Below are positions 34,620-46,113 of a stretch of DNA of 46,113 nucleotides, in pieces (position 1 is the first letter of the stretch; every line of letters begins with the position of its first letter). Where the stretch lies: contig JAPEUI010000124.1 in the NCBI GenBank assembly GCA_026025075.1, forward strand, positions 1 through 46,113, in the 5' to 3' direction. The notes under the pieces were generated by a model. The model was given only the letters and a program-made list of their open reading frames with translations, did not search any database and was not told the DNA's origin. Source of the stretch: Vezdaea acicularis (lineage: Eukaryota). Both the position numbers and the translations under genes were made by a program.

Positions 34620-36865
34620 ATCGGCGACCGCTCAAGGAGCTTTCCAATGTCTGCTGTATAATGTACGCTGTAATCTGGATGTGATCCTTTCGATAGCAAG
34701 AGAACGACCTGCGGACTCTTGATGCGAAAGGGTATCGTACGCTTGGGACCGTAATTGAGGAGAGGTTGGAAGCCCGAGACGGGAGAGCCGTCAGCCACGA
34801 GGTGGGACAGCTCCTTTTTAGGTCGCGATGAGCCAAGTGAGGGGGGAGACTAAGAGCGAAATTAGGTTGTTGCGTTCTGCGAAGATACTCCTGTATCGGT
34901 TAAGGTAGCGGTGGTAGGGATCGAAGATGGGGTATTCTAGGCGGTCTGGACCACCAAGCAACAAGTCACGCACAAGGGAGGGCGCCGGCCCTTTTTGGCT
35001 CAATGGTGAATCTTTTTGCGTGGAAGAAAGGAGACGAGCTCGAGCATCTCCTCGAGCATCACTTCGAAGAGTTACGAAGGGGATGCAGGAACAGGGAGGC
35101 ACAAGTGCGGAGCAGGGATGCTGGTCGCACAGCATGTCTGTCCAACCTCCCGCGCGGGGACCTTTGCGCGATCCGGCAGGCGGCTGCGTCTACGCTAGAC
35201 AGCTTCTTTGCTATAAGTAGAAGCAGGTCTGCGGGCCGTCAATATTGGACCTTAGAGACTTGCGTGTCCTGCTTGGATGGCAAGCTGGTGGGGATATCCA
35301 GCGTTGGCTGGCCCTCGAAAGCCGACCGTGCCCTAAGGAAGTAAAGAATGAACGCGCCGGGCCTGTGGATGGGCAGGGAAATGCAATGCGATTGTGGTTC
35401 GACCAGCGGTAGGATCCTGGGTTGCTGCAAGCATCTTTACCGATAGGCTAGTAGGGCCTCTATCCCCTGCCCCGAGCACGAGCTTACAGCGCCTTGGCGC
35501 CGTCCACAGCGCTTACGAGCCTCCATATCGTTGCAGATGCCGTCGATGGACGGCCTACGAACGGCTCAAAGCAATTATGATTGGAACGGCGAGGGACATC
35601 CGCTCCGAATTCAAGTAAAATACCGGTTGATAATATTGAGAATCCCAAGGGGGGATTTTGACATGTATACTGTCGCTGGCTATGTCTTTGACTCTCATAT
35701 CAACGTTCCTGAAGGCCTGTCGAACTCGTGGGTCGAGGAGTAGAGCGCTTTCCTCGGAGCTGACTTGCAGCTTGCAACATGGGCTATAATTGGGTGATGA
35801 GGTCCGATTGGCAGCATGGCCATTCCCACATGAATGGAGTCGAAGATATCCAACCCGCAGACCGCGGGGGCTCGTACGCTATGGATCTCGACTCGATCTG
35901 TCGCTATATGGCGAGCGACCTGCAGCTTCAATTCCACTTTCATATAGCAGCTGATACGTCCAACATAAGTGAAAAAGCTGCACATGCCGTACGCACATAG
36001 CCCCCTAACCGGGTTTGACCTGAAGAACAACAAACCAACCTCAACTGCTACGAGAATATAGTTTGCACCACCAATTCCATCTCAAGCCTCACCACTGAAC
36101 CTCTGAACCCGTATTAACCTGGCTCCGCCAATGCACTCTATGGTCTGCCGCTAGGCACCTCTCAGACATTTTATCCCTCAAAGCCACCGACAACCAGAAG
36201 AAGTCACTATTTAAGCTTACTCTTTGGCCCATCAATCATTTGTCATCTTGCAAAATTTCCCATCTATTTCGGAATATCTCGATTAGAATGTTGAGTGATC
36301 AACAGATAAAGACCAAACTTGATGGACAGCTTCTTCTGATTTGTCGGTGGCCTTAAAGCCCAAAATGTCAGGAAAAGGCACCTAGTGGCAGACCCAGAGA
36401 GCCCATTGACAGAGCCAGGGTGAAAAGGCCCGGGCTCAGCAAAGACACATGAGAGTGAGCTAGTTGAGCTGACTATTTTATAGTATAACAGTTGTAGGTT
36501 GGTTGATTGTTCTTCGGGCCAAGAACGTTTGGGGGGCTATGTGCGTGCGACTTGGTCAAACTCGCCTGTAAAGACAAGCCACCGCAGGCGCGAGCTTTGC
36601 GGCTTCGCCATTATAAAGTTGGGCCTGTGTTGATCAACGTAGTTCAACCGCTGAGGAGGTGGGTGACGTGAGCTGCATGGCATGCTGAATATACACGGAG
36701 TGGCTCCCTTATCGCAGCAGCAGCGCTTGGCGTCCTCACATGTAGGCTCTACCATCCGTTCGTACGATCCCCGGCCGAGGTAATAGGTGCTTCTAGACAG
36801 GTAGAATTGGACGAAATGGCTCTATTCGCCGGTATACGGAAGGCCAGGATTTCCTCCAACTATTC

Positions 36866-37801
36866 TTATAGCATTCCTCTATCGATAAGTTCCTTCCTCT
36901 CCTGCCAAACTGTCTTTCCCGAGCACGAGCAGACTATCTTATCGTTTTCCCACACGCCGGCACTCCTTGCAATAACTCCCGCCAACGAAGGCTCGTCGAA
37001 CTCTTCATCGCCGTTATGCGTCGTATTCGTGACCACCATGCCTCGTCCAATGATCTCCCAGATTTGCACGGGCATTGTTAGAAACGAACTCCCAATTCCG
37101 CTATTGCCGACCTTTATCGTACCAACAACACCCTTTGCCTGATCATCCCCAGTTGAGTTGGCACCCCAGACTTTTCCCGTGGACTGGGCACCGCGCGATA
37201 TGTCTCCACTTTCACGGACTGTTGCCTGGTACTCTCCAGCTGGAAGGCTATGGGTCGAGATATCCACTAGCGTCGTCTGACGAGAGATCTGCACCATACG
37301 AGCCAAGCCGTGGACCGTTGTTGGAGCCCTTGAAGTCGACGTTTCCAATATACAGACGGCAGCACCTATCCAACATATGTGAGACTCATATGCTCTATGC
37401 TGCTCAATTTAGAAGCTCACTATCCGATGTCCCACTTCCTCGCAGGATCGTGTCTCTCCCCGTTTGCTGGATGGCGCCGACTATCAAAGATGGAGCAGCT
37501 ATAGTCGTCAAAACCGTCTAAATATTGGATCGACATCATTGTAGCGTACCAGTGCCTTCTACAGAGACCAATTGGTTCTTCAGGTCTGCGCTAACGCTGG
37601 TAACGCCTGTATTAAGCTTTTTAGAAATCTAATTCTCCTAATGAAGAGGCCGTTCTTACCATCGATGCTCTGTATTGATTGTGAGACATCCGCGACGCAG
37701 GTCTCGCAGGTCAAAGGGACTGCGAATACAGTCTGTATTCGGTTAATGTTGCTCCATTGTGAGATTCAGATAAACAATATTACCTGAAAAGGTTCAATCA
37801 T
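36866..37801 (-). CDS. CCS1: Copper chaperone for superoxide dismutase (CCS/Lys7), five exons
   Basis: Spliced MIEPFQ|TVFAVPLTCETC (HMA CxxC), AAPSLIVGAIQQTGRDTILRGSG, SOD-like middle domain (GLARMVQ, IIGRGMVV), and AGVIARSAGVWENDKIVCSCSGKTVW (CxC). Confidence 0.93.
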
Positions 37802-38205
37802 GGGGCTCTTTTCGCTGGCACAGTATGTCTTTGTTGTGTTTGGCTTGAGTACTCGGACAGCAAGAATGCACGATGGAGCAACCCAGCTCATGCGTCAGAT
37901 GAGAGAGGAACAGCGAAGACGGTAAAAGGAATTGTAATTATGTGACAATAAATTGAATTGGTACAGCTTCAGTTCGTACAAGGTCGTAAGTCATTGATCG
38001 AGTAAAAAAATGAGTGTAGTAGTGGCCTGCAGTGCTTTGAAATTCATATCCCGGCGCAAGCTTCGGATATGCCCATGATACATCCGAGCCTTGGCATTCG
38101 GGATCTAAATATTTCGAACCTCATCGCGTCCTCAATCTACACTCCTTGGCCTCTTCTTGCGCAGGGCATCAGCCGCTCCTTACACCCAGAGTAGGCCTCT
38201 CCACG

Positions 38206-38892
38206 ATGTCACAAACAATTGGTCAGGTACATGCAATTCTCTAGTCTCCTCATCGCCAAAAGCAAACCCTGGATTGCAAGACGGACACTAACTCGACATC
38301 TACAGACCAAGCTTGCCTACAGCAGGGTCTGGCATCACATCGACGTGGGCCGTGACCCTCGAGCCCTGGGGCGTATCGCGTCACAGATTGCCATTGTGCT
38401 GATGGGAAAGCATAAGCCAATATGGGATCCGTCGAGTACGGCCCCCCTTTTAGCCAATCTTCAAGACATAATCACTAATTCCTTGTAGCGGACTGCGGAG
38501 ACTATGTCGTGGCAACGAATTGCCATGAACTACACACAACAGGCAAGAAGCGCTTTCAGAAGAAATATTACAAGGCCAGCACGCGGCCGGGTAGTCTAAA
38601 GGAAATCACGATGGACCGAATGTTCGCGAAATGGGGCGGAGCGGAGGTTTTACGAAGGGCGGTAAATGGCATGTTACCGAAGAATAGACTTAGGGACGAT
38701 AGGCTAGCAAGGTTAAAAGCTTTTGAGGGGATCAGACATCCATACATAGAGAATATTGTTAAGTTCAAAGATAAGAGTGGGATAAAGGGTATACCGAGCG
38801 TAGTGGAAGAACTATCTGACTCTCATAAGGAGAATTCAATTCTGGCAGAAGCCTTGGCTGAGCCTAAGGAGAAAATTATAGAAGCGACATGA
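38206..38892 (+). CDS. MRPL23: Mitochondrial large ribosomal subunit protein uL13m; exons 38206-38226, 38306-38435, 38489-38892
   Basis: [59 protein letters not shown]; two GT-AG introns. Confidence 0.93.
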
Positions 38893-39048
38893 TAGAGTAA
38901 TCTACCAAAGTTCATCAAATGTTGCACTCTAAAGCTACATTGAGACAGTGAGAAGATTACTTGCTATAAGAGCTATCAAGATGCCAACGCCAATGCCAGC
39001 TGAGAATCGGAAGATCTATATACAGATAGCACGCCGAGCCATGTCCTT

Positions 39049-39994
39049 TTACTTCTTCTCTCTGGTCACGGTGCACTTAATGAGGCCATTTGGATTCGAC
39101 TGAGGAGCGTAAACCTCCGCATCCTTCCCAGTATTCTTGAGCCCCTTGTGCCAGCTCAAGTCAATCTCGAAGTAGTGTTTATTCGGCAGAGAGTAGTCGA
39201 CGGAATCCACAGTCGGAACTAAAGCCAGGATCTGCTCGCACATCTTATACATGGTGTTCTGAACGCTAGCAGAGCTGTCTGTTGCGAATGTCTTCATGGT
39301 AACGTTCCTCGCGTCCTCCCATGCCTTGTCGAACCCTGGGATGGCCACATGGACAGCTTTTACGTCAGCGAAGGTGTTCCAGGTCCAGCCGCAGTCAACT
39401 TCAGTGCTCAATATACGGTCGTATACTTCTGGGAGCGTGGTGTACTCATTACGGACGAAGCTATGGAACTGCGAACCCGTGCTCTTTAGAACAAGCAGGC
39501 CTGAGATAGCGGAACGGATGCTGATACCCTTGCCTTCTGTAGCAGTAGCCTCGACATTGCGGGTCTCGGCGCCGTCACGGAAGAAGGAGTGAGGGTGGGG
39601 CTCGCCATCTAGGGTCATCCGGGTCCAACGGTGGGTTATGACACTGACGTGAGCAGCATGGATGTGCTTGTAGGTCTCAATGAAGTGATTCGCGACAATG
39701 GAGGCAAATAGCTCTGGTGGGGTGACCGGATTTTCTTTAGCCATGATATAAACAGTATTTTTCATAGTATCTGTCGCAACTACTACGCTGTTGTCCGCCT
39801 TGGTGTAGCTGTCGATTATTAGGCTGGAAGCTCATTGAAGGCTATAGCTCACAGACTTACGAAGTATCGATGTCTCCTTCCAGGAGGACGCAAACAGTCA
39901 TCTCCACGACTGTGTGAGTGCCAGTGCTCTCATCCCGATGTACCTTATACACTCGGATATTGTCTTTTCCATAGCGGGCAGCTGAAAGAGGCAT
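39049..39994 (-). CDS. uaZ: Urate oxidase (uricase); exons 39994-39861, 39808-39049
   Basis: ARYGKDNIRV, TS|YTKADNSVVVATDTMKNT, VLKSTGSQF, TTLPEVYDRILST, SASVQNTMY, YSLPNKHYF, PNGLIKC. Confidence 0.96.
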
Positions 39995-40051
39995 TTTATT
40001 ACTGAAGGCTTGAATAAGATGCAATTAACTCCTCAAAGGCGGTTTGTGTAT

Positions 40052-40149
40052 CTATCACCTGAATATGCTCGAAGAAATGTTGCTCACTTTGATAAGCTCT
40101 TGAATCAGGTCGGTTCCTGGAGCTTTATAGTTGCTATCAAGTGTTATCG
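40052..40149 (-). promoter_or_regulatory. Four HGATAR (AreA/NIT2-type GATA) sites and a TATA-like element in the uricase promoter
   Basis: ctatca 40052, tgataa 40090, ctatca 40134, ttatcg 40144; CTATAAAG on the minus strand at 40123-40130. All lie within ~160 bp of the uricase ATG. Confidence 0.55.
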
Positions 40150-40340
40150 CGGCCGATGCCCCGCCAGCCACCTACGGAGATCGGCGTGGAAGACAAGCAC
40201 TTGCATATGAGGGGAAGGAAAATTCATCCAGTGAAATTCCGTCATCCCTGTCCGGCAGGCAATCATCGAGTCTAGACAAGCTACCATGGGACAGGAAAGT
40301 TACGTTATTAGTGGAGCTGGCGTCTCGCTACGATGAGACG

Positions 40341-40354
40341 TCGGCGTCCTCCGA
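40341..40354. promoter_or_regulatory. UaY-type Zn2Cys6 binding site TCGG-N6-CCGA
   Basis: TCGG cgtcct CCGA matches the Aspergillus nidulans UaY (purine-utilisation activator) consensus, ~350 bp upstream of uricase. Confidence 0.65.
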
Positions 40355-41101
40355 TACTACTGTAGATGAGAATCATGCGATGAAATCTTTTAGCAGGTAT
40401 GCGCGTTCGAAACAATGGCTTGCAACGCGATTTTTGGTCAGATTGGATATGCTGCAATTTCTAGGTGGGCGACTTGTTTCGCTGGGATGCCATAATTGTT
40501 GTTTGGCAGGAGGGGAACATACTGAGATCTACTTGACCAATCAGTGATTGGCACTGTTATTCCGAAATCGGCATTCACTTAGGTTTTAACAGATGGGCGC
40601 TTTAGATCGGGAAAATTGAACAATTCAGGCTTTAGACCAATGAACAGCGCGTGCATTTATCACACCAAACTTGATTAGACTTTCATGTCATGTAGTGGTG
40701 AACGGATGGTGGAAGTCATATTTGAAGCGAGCGAGTCGGAGAAGCTAAATCTCCGACGTCGACGAGCGGCCGAGACCCCAAATCCGCTGCAAACAAGTAC
40801 CTCCGTCATTCTACAATCTCCAGGCTGGCCGAGGCTCGGAGCGCACCTGTTCATTCTTTTGAAGTTGAATTTACTCCTGTAGTATTATCACAATTCCCTT
40901 ACGAATCACTAGGGCCTACCGCTTAGATCCGTACCATCAACCCGACACTGTCCTTACGCTTCAAGTCACAAACTCGCAGGTTTATTGCTGGGTCTATCCC
41001 TTTGGTGTAAGATTGCTTGAATAGCTGTTCTCAAAATCGCGGCACAGTATACATGTCATGAGCCGAATAGCGGAGCCGGACGTCTTTCGACATATGGAGC
41101 C

Positions 41102-44100
41102 ATGACTCCTGCGCCAAACCTCATAAGCTTCTCTGCAACGCCGACACAGGGGAATCTTCTGTTGCAGGATGGGCGGCCTTTGGCGGGACAAGCAAGCAGA
41201 GGTGATGGTGAACGAGATGGGCTACAACCTCCAAGACTAGTCAGCGATGGGCGGTCTCACTCGAACAGCAACGCGGCCTTTGGCCCTCGGGGCTCGTCAC
41301 TTGCGCCATCGGGACCGCCAGGAAGCTTCAGTTCAGATTTGAGATCAATCATGTCGCGCAGTGGTGCTGCCACTCCTCGTTCAGATCATGTTGGATCTAC
41401 CATCCGCGCAGAAGAACACTCAACAGCCTCAGAGCAGATGGTTTTGACTCTCCGAGACAAGCTCAATAAGGAGATTAAGATCAAGGAGGGAAGTGAGAAC
41501 CTTCTAGAAGCTCTGAATATGAAGAAAGCAAAGCAGACTAAGGAACAGAGGTCAAGAGTGGAAACAGAACTCAATTCGTCCAACCGAAAGATAGGAGAAT
41601 TGAAGATTCAAATCGCTGAATTGCAACGTCCGCGTGAATCCGAAACCTCTGGTCGGAGTCGGTTGTCAAGCCTATTCCGTGGAAATGCTCTTCGGACACC
41701 GCCAATAAAGTCAACACTAGAACAGGACGATAGCACTGACGTGGAGCAAGAATCCGAGTCACCAACATTTGTCTTGGCGGAAATACTACAAGCGCTTGAA
41801 TCCGACGGCATGCAAGCGGACTACTATGTCGAGCGGGCTAACAGTCTTGTTGAGCTTTTCAAGCGCCATCCTAATCTCAAGTTTGATCTAGCATGGTCTG
41901 TCTTTGGGTTGCGAGTACAGATGATGCTCCTCAGCGACAGTAAGGAGGTGATTGCTGCAGGCTACAGAATGACCAGATACGCTATCACGGATAGGAAGTC
42001 ACTGCAGAAGATCAGAGAGCTTAACACAGACTACCTGGTTATACTTTCATTAGTGAAGGAGGGAAAGGCTAGCGTGGAGAGAGAACAAGCCCTGAAGTTT
42101 GTTCGAGCCTTCCTGGACGTCAAAGACGGGATCGACGAGGTATCACGAGCGATTATCCGCACGATCGTCTCCATAGTAGAGCATACCGATGACCGTCTAC
42201 GGGAGATTTGTATAGAGACTCTAGCGGAGATTTTGGTCATCAATCCCTCGCTCGTTGTGTCTGCTGGCGGCATGGGCCCACTAATTGACATTGTGGGAGA
42301 AGGGAGCTATAACGCGTCCGAAACGCTGGTAACTGCTTTCCTGTATCTATTTGATACACCAGCGCGAAGGAGATATCTCAGGTCTGGCCACGAGCTCGAA
42401 GGCGTCTTTGCAGTGTTCACCGACTCCCTATCAACGAGTGGACACGAAAGCAGGCTAAAGGCGAGCGCAAAAGTCATCTCTGCCATTCTAAAATCTTGGA
42501 CAGGCCTCATGACCGTGTCTATGTACGGCTTTCAGGCGATCCGATCCCTCATCGCATCACTTCGTTTCAGCGGAACTCAGATCAGGACAGTGGTCATAGA
42601 ACTGTTATGCGACATTCTACGTGTAAAGCCTCCGTCGTGGTCATCGTCATTCCTGGCAGGCCGGAGACTGACTACCTATGGTCGAGTAACCAATATGAAG
42701 TCCGAACCTACATCAACGCAGCCAAGCGATGAGAGGAGGAACCAGCGAAATCTCGTCAATCACTACGTTGCCTTATTGCTTGCTGTCTTGTTTGAAGCTG
42801 GCATGCTTGAGGTACGTGTTCTGGGCTCATACAATGTATGTTATTTTCATTCTAACAAACGATAGGCGCTGCTCTGTGTAATTGAGGAATGTGACGACCA
42901 GAAAGTCAGAAGGAAGACGATTTTATTAGTGAGCGAGATCTTGAAGATGGCGAGTCGCTTTCTTCCAGCTCAACAAAGCTCGAAGCTTCAAATGTTGCCT
43001 GGACTATTTAGTCTTGCTGCTAAGTTTGGAGCGGATGACAGATCAATAGCTTCGAATACACTATATCAGATCGACAGCGTCAGCAAGACACTTACTCGTT
43101 CCACGTCAGTCATTGGGGCGCCGCTTACGAAGTCATCTATTATTGAGGAGGAGGAGGAGGTGCACGAGCCGGCGAGGCCAAAAGAGAAGGTTCCCAAATT
43201 CAACCCCCAGATGGACGAAAGTTCGTTTCGGACCCTCCTGGTCGAAAGCCAAGTAGTGAACCACACGAATTATATCAAGTGGAGATGGGACATTATCGAG
43301 TCCCTAATCGAGGGCCCACTAACAAATCCCAAGCGCCTCGACGAGGCAATCAAAGTCACGAAGTTCGTCAAACGTTTAGTTGGATTTTACCGCCCCTTTA
43401 AATACAGGTTTGCGAATGTGAAGAATACGAAACATAACCAACGCTACGTAAGGGTTGGATGCGCCCTTGTTCGCACCCTACTCCAGAATCCAGAGGGTGT
43501 GCGATACCTAGCCGACAACAAGCTTCTCCGCCAGATAGCTGAATGCTTGGCACAGTTCGATAGAACGAGTGGCATAACATCACCAAATCCGTTGTTTTCC
43601 GAAACTCGACTGACTGAGACATTGAGTGGGGGCTATTTCGCCATTCTAGGTGTCCTCAGTAACGATGCAAAGGGCCTTCAGATGATTGAACGTCGAAAGA
43701 TTTTCAACATGTGCTACCACATTATCGAGCTCACAGAACGTCCCGATCTGACAAGGGCTTTATTGAGTAACATGGACTTTTCTCTTGATAGCCATTTTCG
43801 TGTGATACTCTCCAAGGCTCTGACAGCTGGTACAAGGGACATCCGCATTTTTGCAACTAATTGCCTTCGAAAATATGCGGGTAGCCAGTCACAGCCGTCA
43901 CAGTCATTAAAGAGTTTAGGAAATGCCGAGTGGGCTATCCGCATGCTCGTCACTCAGCTCTACGACCCTGACGTAGAGGTTTGCGAGACCGCAGTCAGGA
44001 TTCTAGAAGAGGCTTGTAATCGAAGGCACTATCTAGAGTATGTGGTGAAATGCCGCCCAGCATTGGACCATCTCGGGGAAATCGGTGCACCTCTACTCCT

Positions 44101-45179
44101 CCGATTTCTGTCTACTTCCGTTGGCTACCACTATCTGGATGGTTTAGATTACATAACCCAAGAGATGGATGACTGGTTCTTGGGTCGTAATGATGCCTAC
44201 GTTACGATCGTGGAGGCGTCGCTTGCCAGGGCGATGGATGAGAATGCGAATTCTCCTCGGAATGCAGATGACACGGAAGAGCGACCCGTATATGGTGACG
44301 TGCCGCCCCATTTCTACCGAGAACTCACCCGCACTGCCGAAGGCTGTAAGCTCCTTGAGGAGAAAGGCCACTTTGAAGATTTCGTCTCCACCATCAGGGA
44401 TAGCGGGATGGAGTCAGAGGATGAAGAGGTCATCTTGAAAGTTAAAGGATGTCTCTGGGCTGTAGGCAACGTGGGCTCGATGGCTCTCGGAGCCCCATTT
44501 CTGGAGCATTCCGACGTGGTGCAGCAGATTGTCAGCATTGCGGAGAATTCTGAAATTATGACGATGCGCGGCACAGCCTTCTTCGTCCTCGGCCTGATTT
44601 CGAGAAGCCTGCACGGATTTGAAATTCTAGACGAATGTGGGTGGGATGGCCCGACTACGATGATGGGAGAGTCTCTAGGGTTCTGCATACCCCTTAAACT
44701 CGACCGACTCTTCTCCGTAAGATGCAGCCCTCCATTACTTGTATGGTCCGCCGATGTCGAAGCTAACACGAGCGAAATAGATCAAGCCGTGGAAGTACGC
44801 ACCCGACGCCACAGCGGGAGAAGCCAACGCGCAGCTGCTGAAAGAGGCGAAGCAGGACGAGGACGAAGTGAATCGGCGTGTCTTGGAGCTCATCGTCGAC
44901 CTCGGGACGACCGTGCTCACCAAGAGATCCATCTCAGAACTGGTGCACATCAAGCAGAAGAAGCACCACGGGTTCCGGCAGCCTCAGCTCTTTTACAAGG
45001 CGATGACGATCCTCGAATGCTATCATTACCGACTACCCGTTCGGCGGTTCATCATTGACCTCTTCGACAAGAACGTCATGAGGCTCATCGTGCTGGATGA
45101 AGAGGACTCGTCCGAGGGCGATACGGAGATGGCCGCACGGAAAATGAATACCTACCGGTTCCCCGGCGCGTTCGACTGA
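41102..45179 (+). CDS. AVO3: TORC2 subunit Rictor (Avo3/Tsc11; S. pombe Ste20); exons 41102-42811, 42866-44716, 44781-45179
   Basis: N-terminal HR1-like coiled coil (LNKEIKIKEGSENLL), EREQALKFVRAF, LLCDILRVKPPSWSSSFLAGRRLTTYGR, RLVGFYRPFKYRF, QLYDPDVEV, PPHFYREL, LWAVGNVGS, RGTAFFVLGL, YRLPVRRFIIDLF; both introns frame-consistent. Confidence 0.95.
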
Positions 45180-45461
45180 GGCACACGAGCTTTATCATAT
45201 CTTCAAGTTGTAGGGGCGCACAACATGAAATCGGCGTTCGATTGCATTTTAGCGGGGTACACGAGCATTGGCCATGTTCTGATGATTTCGATGTACGATA
45301 GGGCGGCGTGATGGCAGGGTATCACCATGACTGGGGGCGTTTCTTCCGGCTCACTTGAGAGAGGTCTCGGAGGGGAATAAGGCAGGTTCACGGAGGGGGG
45401 AAAGGCGCTAGAGCGGCTCTCTTTCTTCCCACCACCAGATACCGACGCACAGGTTAGAGTA

Positions 45462-45480
45462 GGGTAGGGAAGGGTAGGGG
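45462..45480 (+). repeat. G-tract array GGGTAGGGAAGGGTAGGGG (canonical G-quadruplex motif)
   Basis: Four runs of three or more G with 2-nt loops, within a purine-rich stretch at 45451-45512. Confidence 0.5.
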
Positions 45481-46113
45481 AGGTTAGACAGGGAGGGCAG
45501 GGGGAGCGGAGGTTGGAGAACGCGTGCACACGACCGGGCTAGAAAATATAAGAAGACTGTTGCAGGTTCTCTGTGTTGGGGACTTCCGACCAATGAAGCC
45601 AGTCAGAATGATGATGTAGGAGAGTCCCAATGTTCTGTATCTGGAGATGCAGGTTTGGGGGGGGGGTGTCAGGGGTTCGCGGTCCTCGGTCTTGGCGGTG
45701 GTCGTGGCGGTGGTGCTTGGCGGCGGTGGGGGGGCTAACAAGCGAACGACAAGCGAGTCCGATCGAGGCAATGTATGACGCCTTGACATGCTGCAACGGA
45801 GAGATGTTGCGGAGCAAAGTCCCCGTCGCGCCTGCCCATCGTGGGTGTCCTCAGAATGCACTACTCGAGGCTGACCAGCGCGGATGAGGAAGCAAGTACC
45901 ACCGGCTGCTGACTACGACGGTAGTGTGTCTCACCGCGCTGCATTGACCGTGAGGCCATTCTGAGCGCCGCGGGGGAGGAGGAGAAGAGGAGAGGAGGAT
46001 GCTCCGCTGGCTGGCGGCCGAACCCTTCGACGAATCTGGCAGTCGACGGGCTGCGATGCTCGAGGACATGGCCGGATGGCCAAGAAGCATCTCGGCCGGC
46101 ACAGGCGCGCCAG

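Noticed and set aside
44717..45058. C-terminal part of ORF 42929..45058
   Set aside because: Intron read-through; the conserved Rictor C-terminus is in the 44781-45179 frame.
45484..46113. Short ORFs at the right edge of the window
   Set aside because: Low-complexity with no recognisable motifs; may belong to a gene outside the window and cannot be called.

Overview
Gene-dense, intron-containing genomic DNA from a filamentous ascomycete (Pezizomycotina-type genes, short GT-AG introns mostly 42-107 nt). I resolved 20 protein-coding genes by manual splicing: a USP-domain protein (partial), ISA2, kynureninase BNA5, a Cid1/CutA-type terminal nucleotidyltransferase, TFIIF-alpha, a secreted alpha/beta-hydrolase-fold protein, a RanBP1-domain protein, Rad4/XPC, HNT2/FHIT, a small secreted Cys-rich protein, SAM50, YIP1, a CxxC..H..H hypothetical protein, DAHP synthase, COX14, NoxR, CCS1, mitochondrial uL13, uricase and Rictor/Avo3. 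No rRNA, tRNA, CRISPR array or intact transposon was recognised. The most striking observation is that the uridylyltransferase catalytic domain is split by a ~370-aa insert with two tandem repeats matching the retroviral/LTR-retrotransposon Gag capsid major homology region, suggesting domesticated capsid modules fused to a TUTase. Also notable: a secreted hydrolase lacking its catalytic Ser and His; a uricase without a PTS1 but with a UaY-consensus site and GATA sites upstream; a COX14-NoxR-CCS1-uricase neighbourhood linked to reactive oxygen; a GC-AG intron; and an optimal Gcn4/CpcA site overlapping a start codon. Family assignments come from motif recognition by eye; no searches were run.
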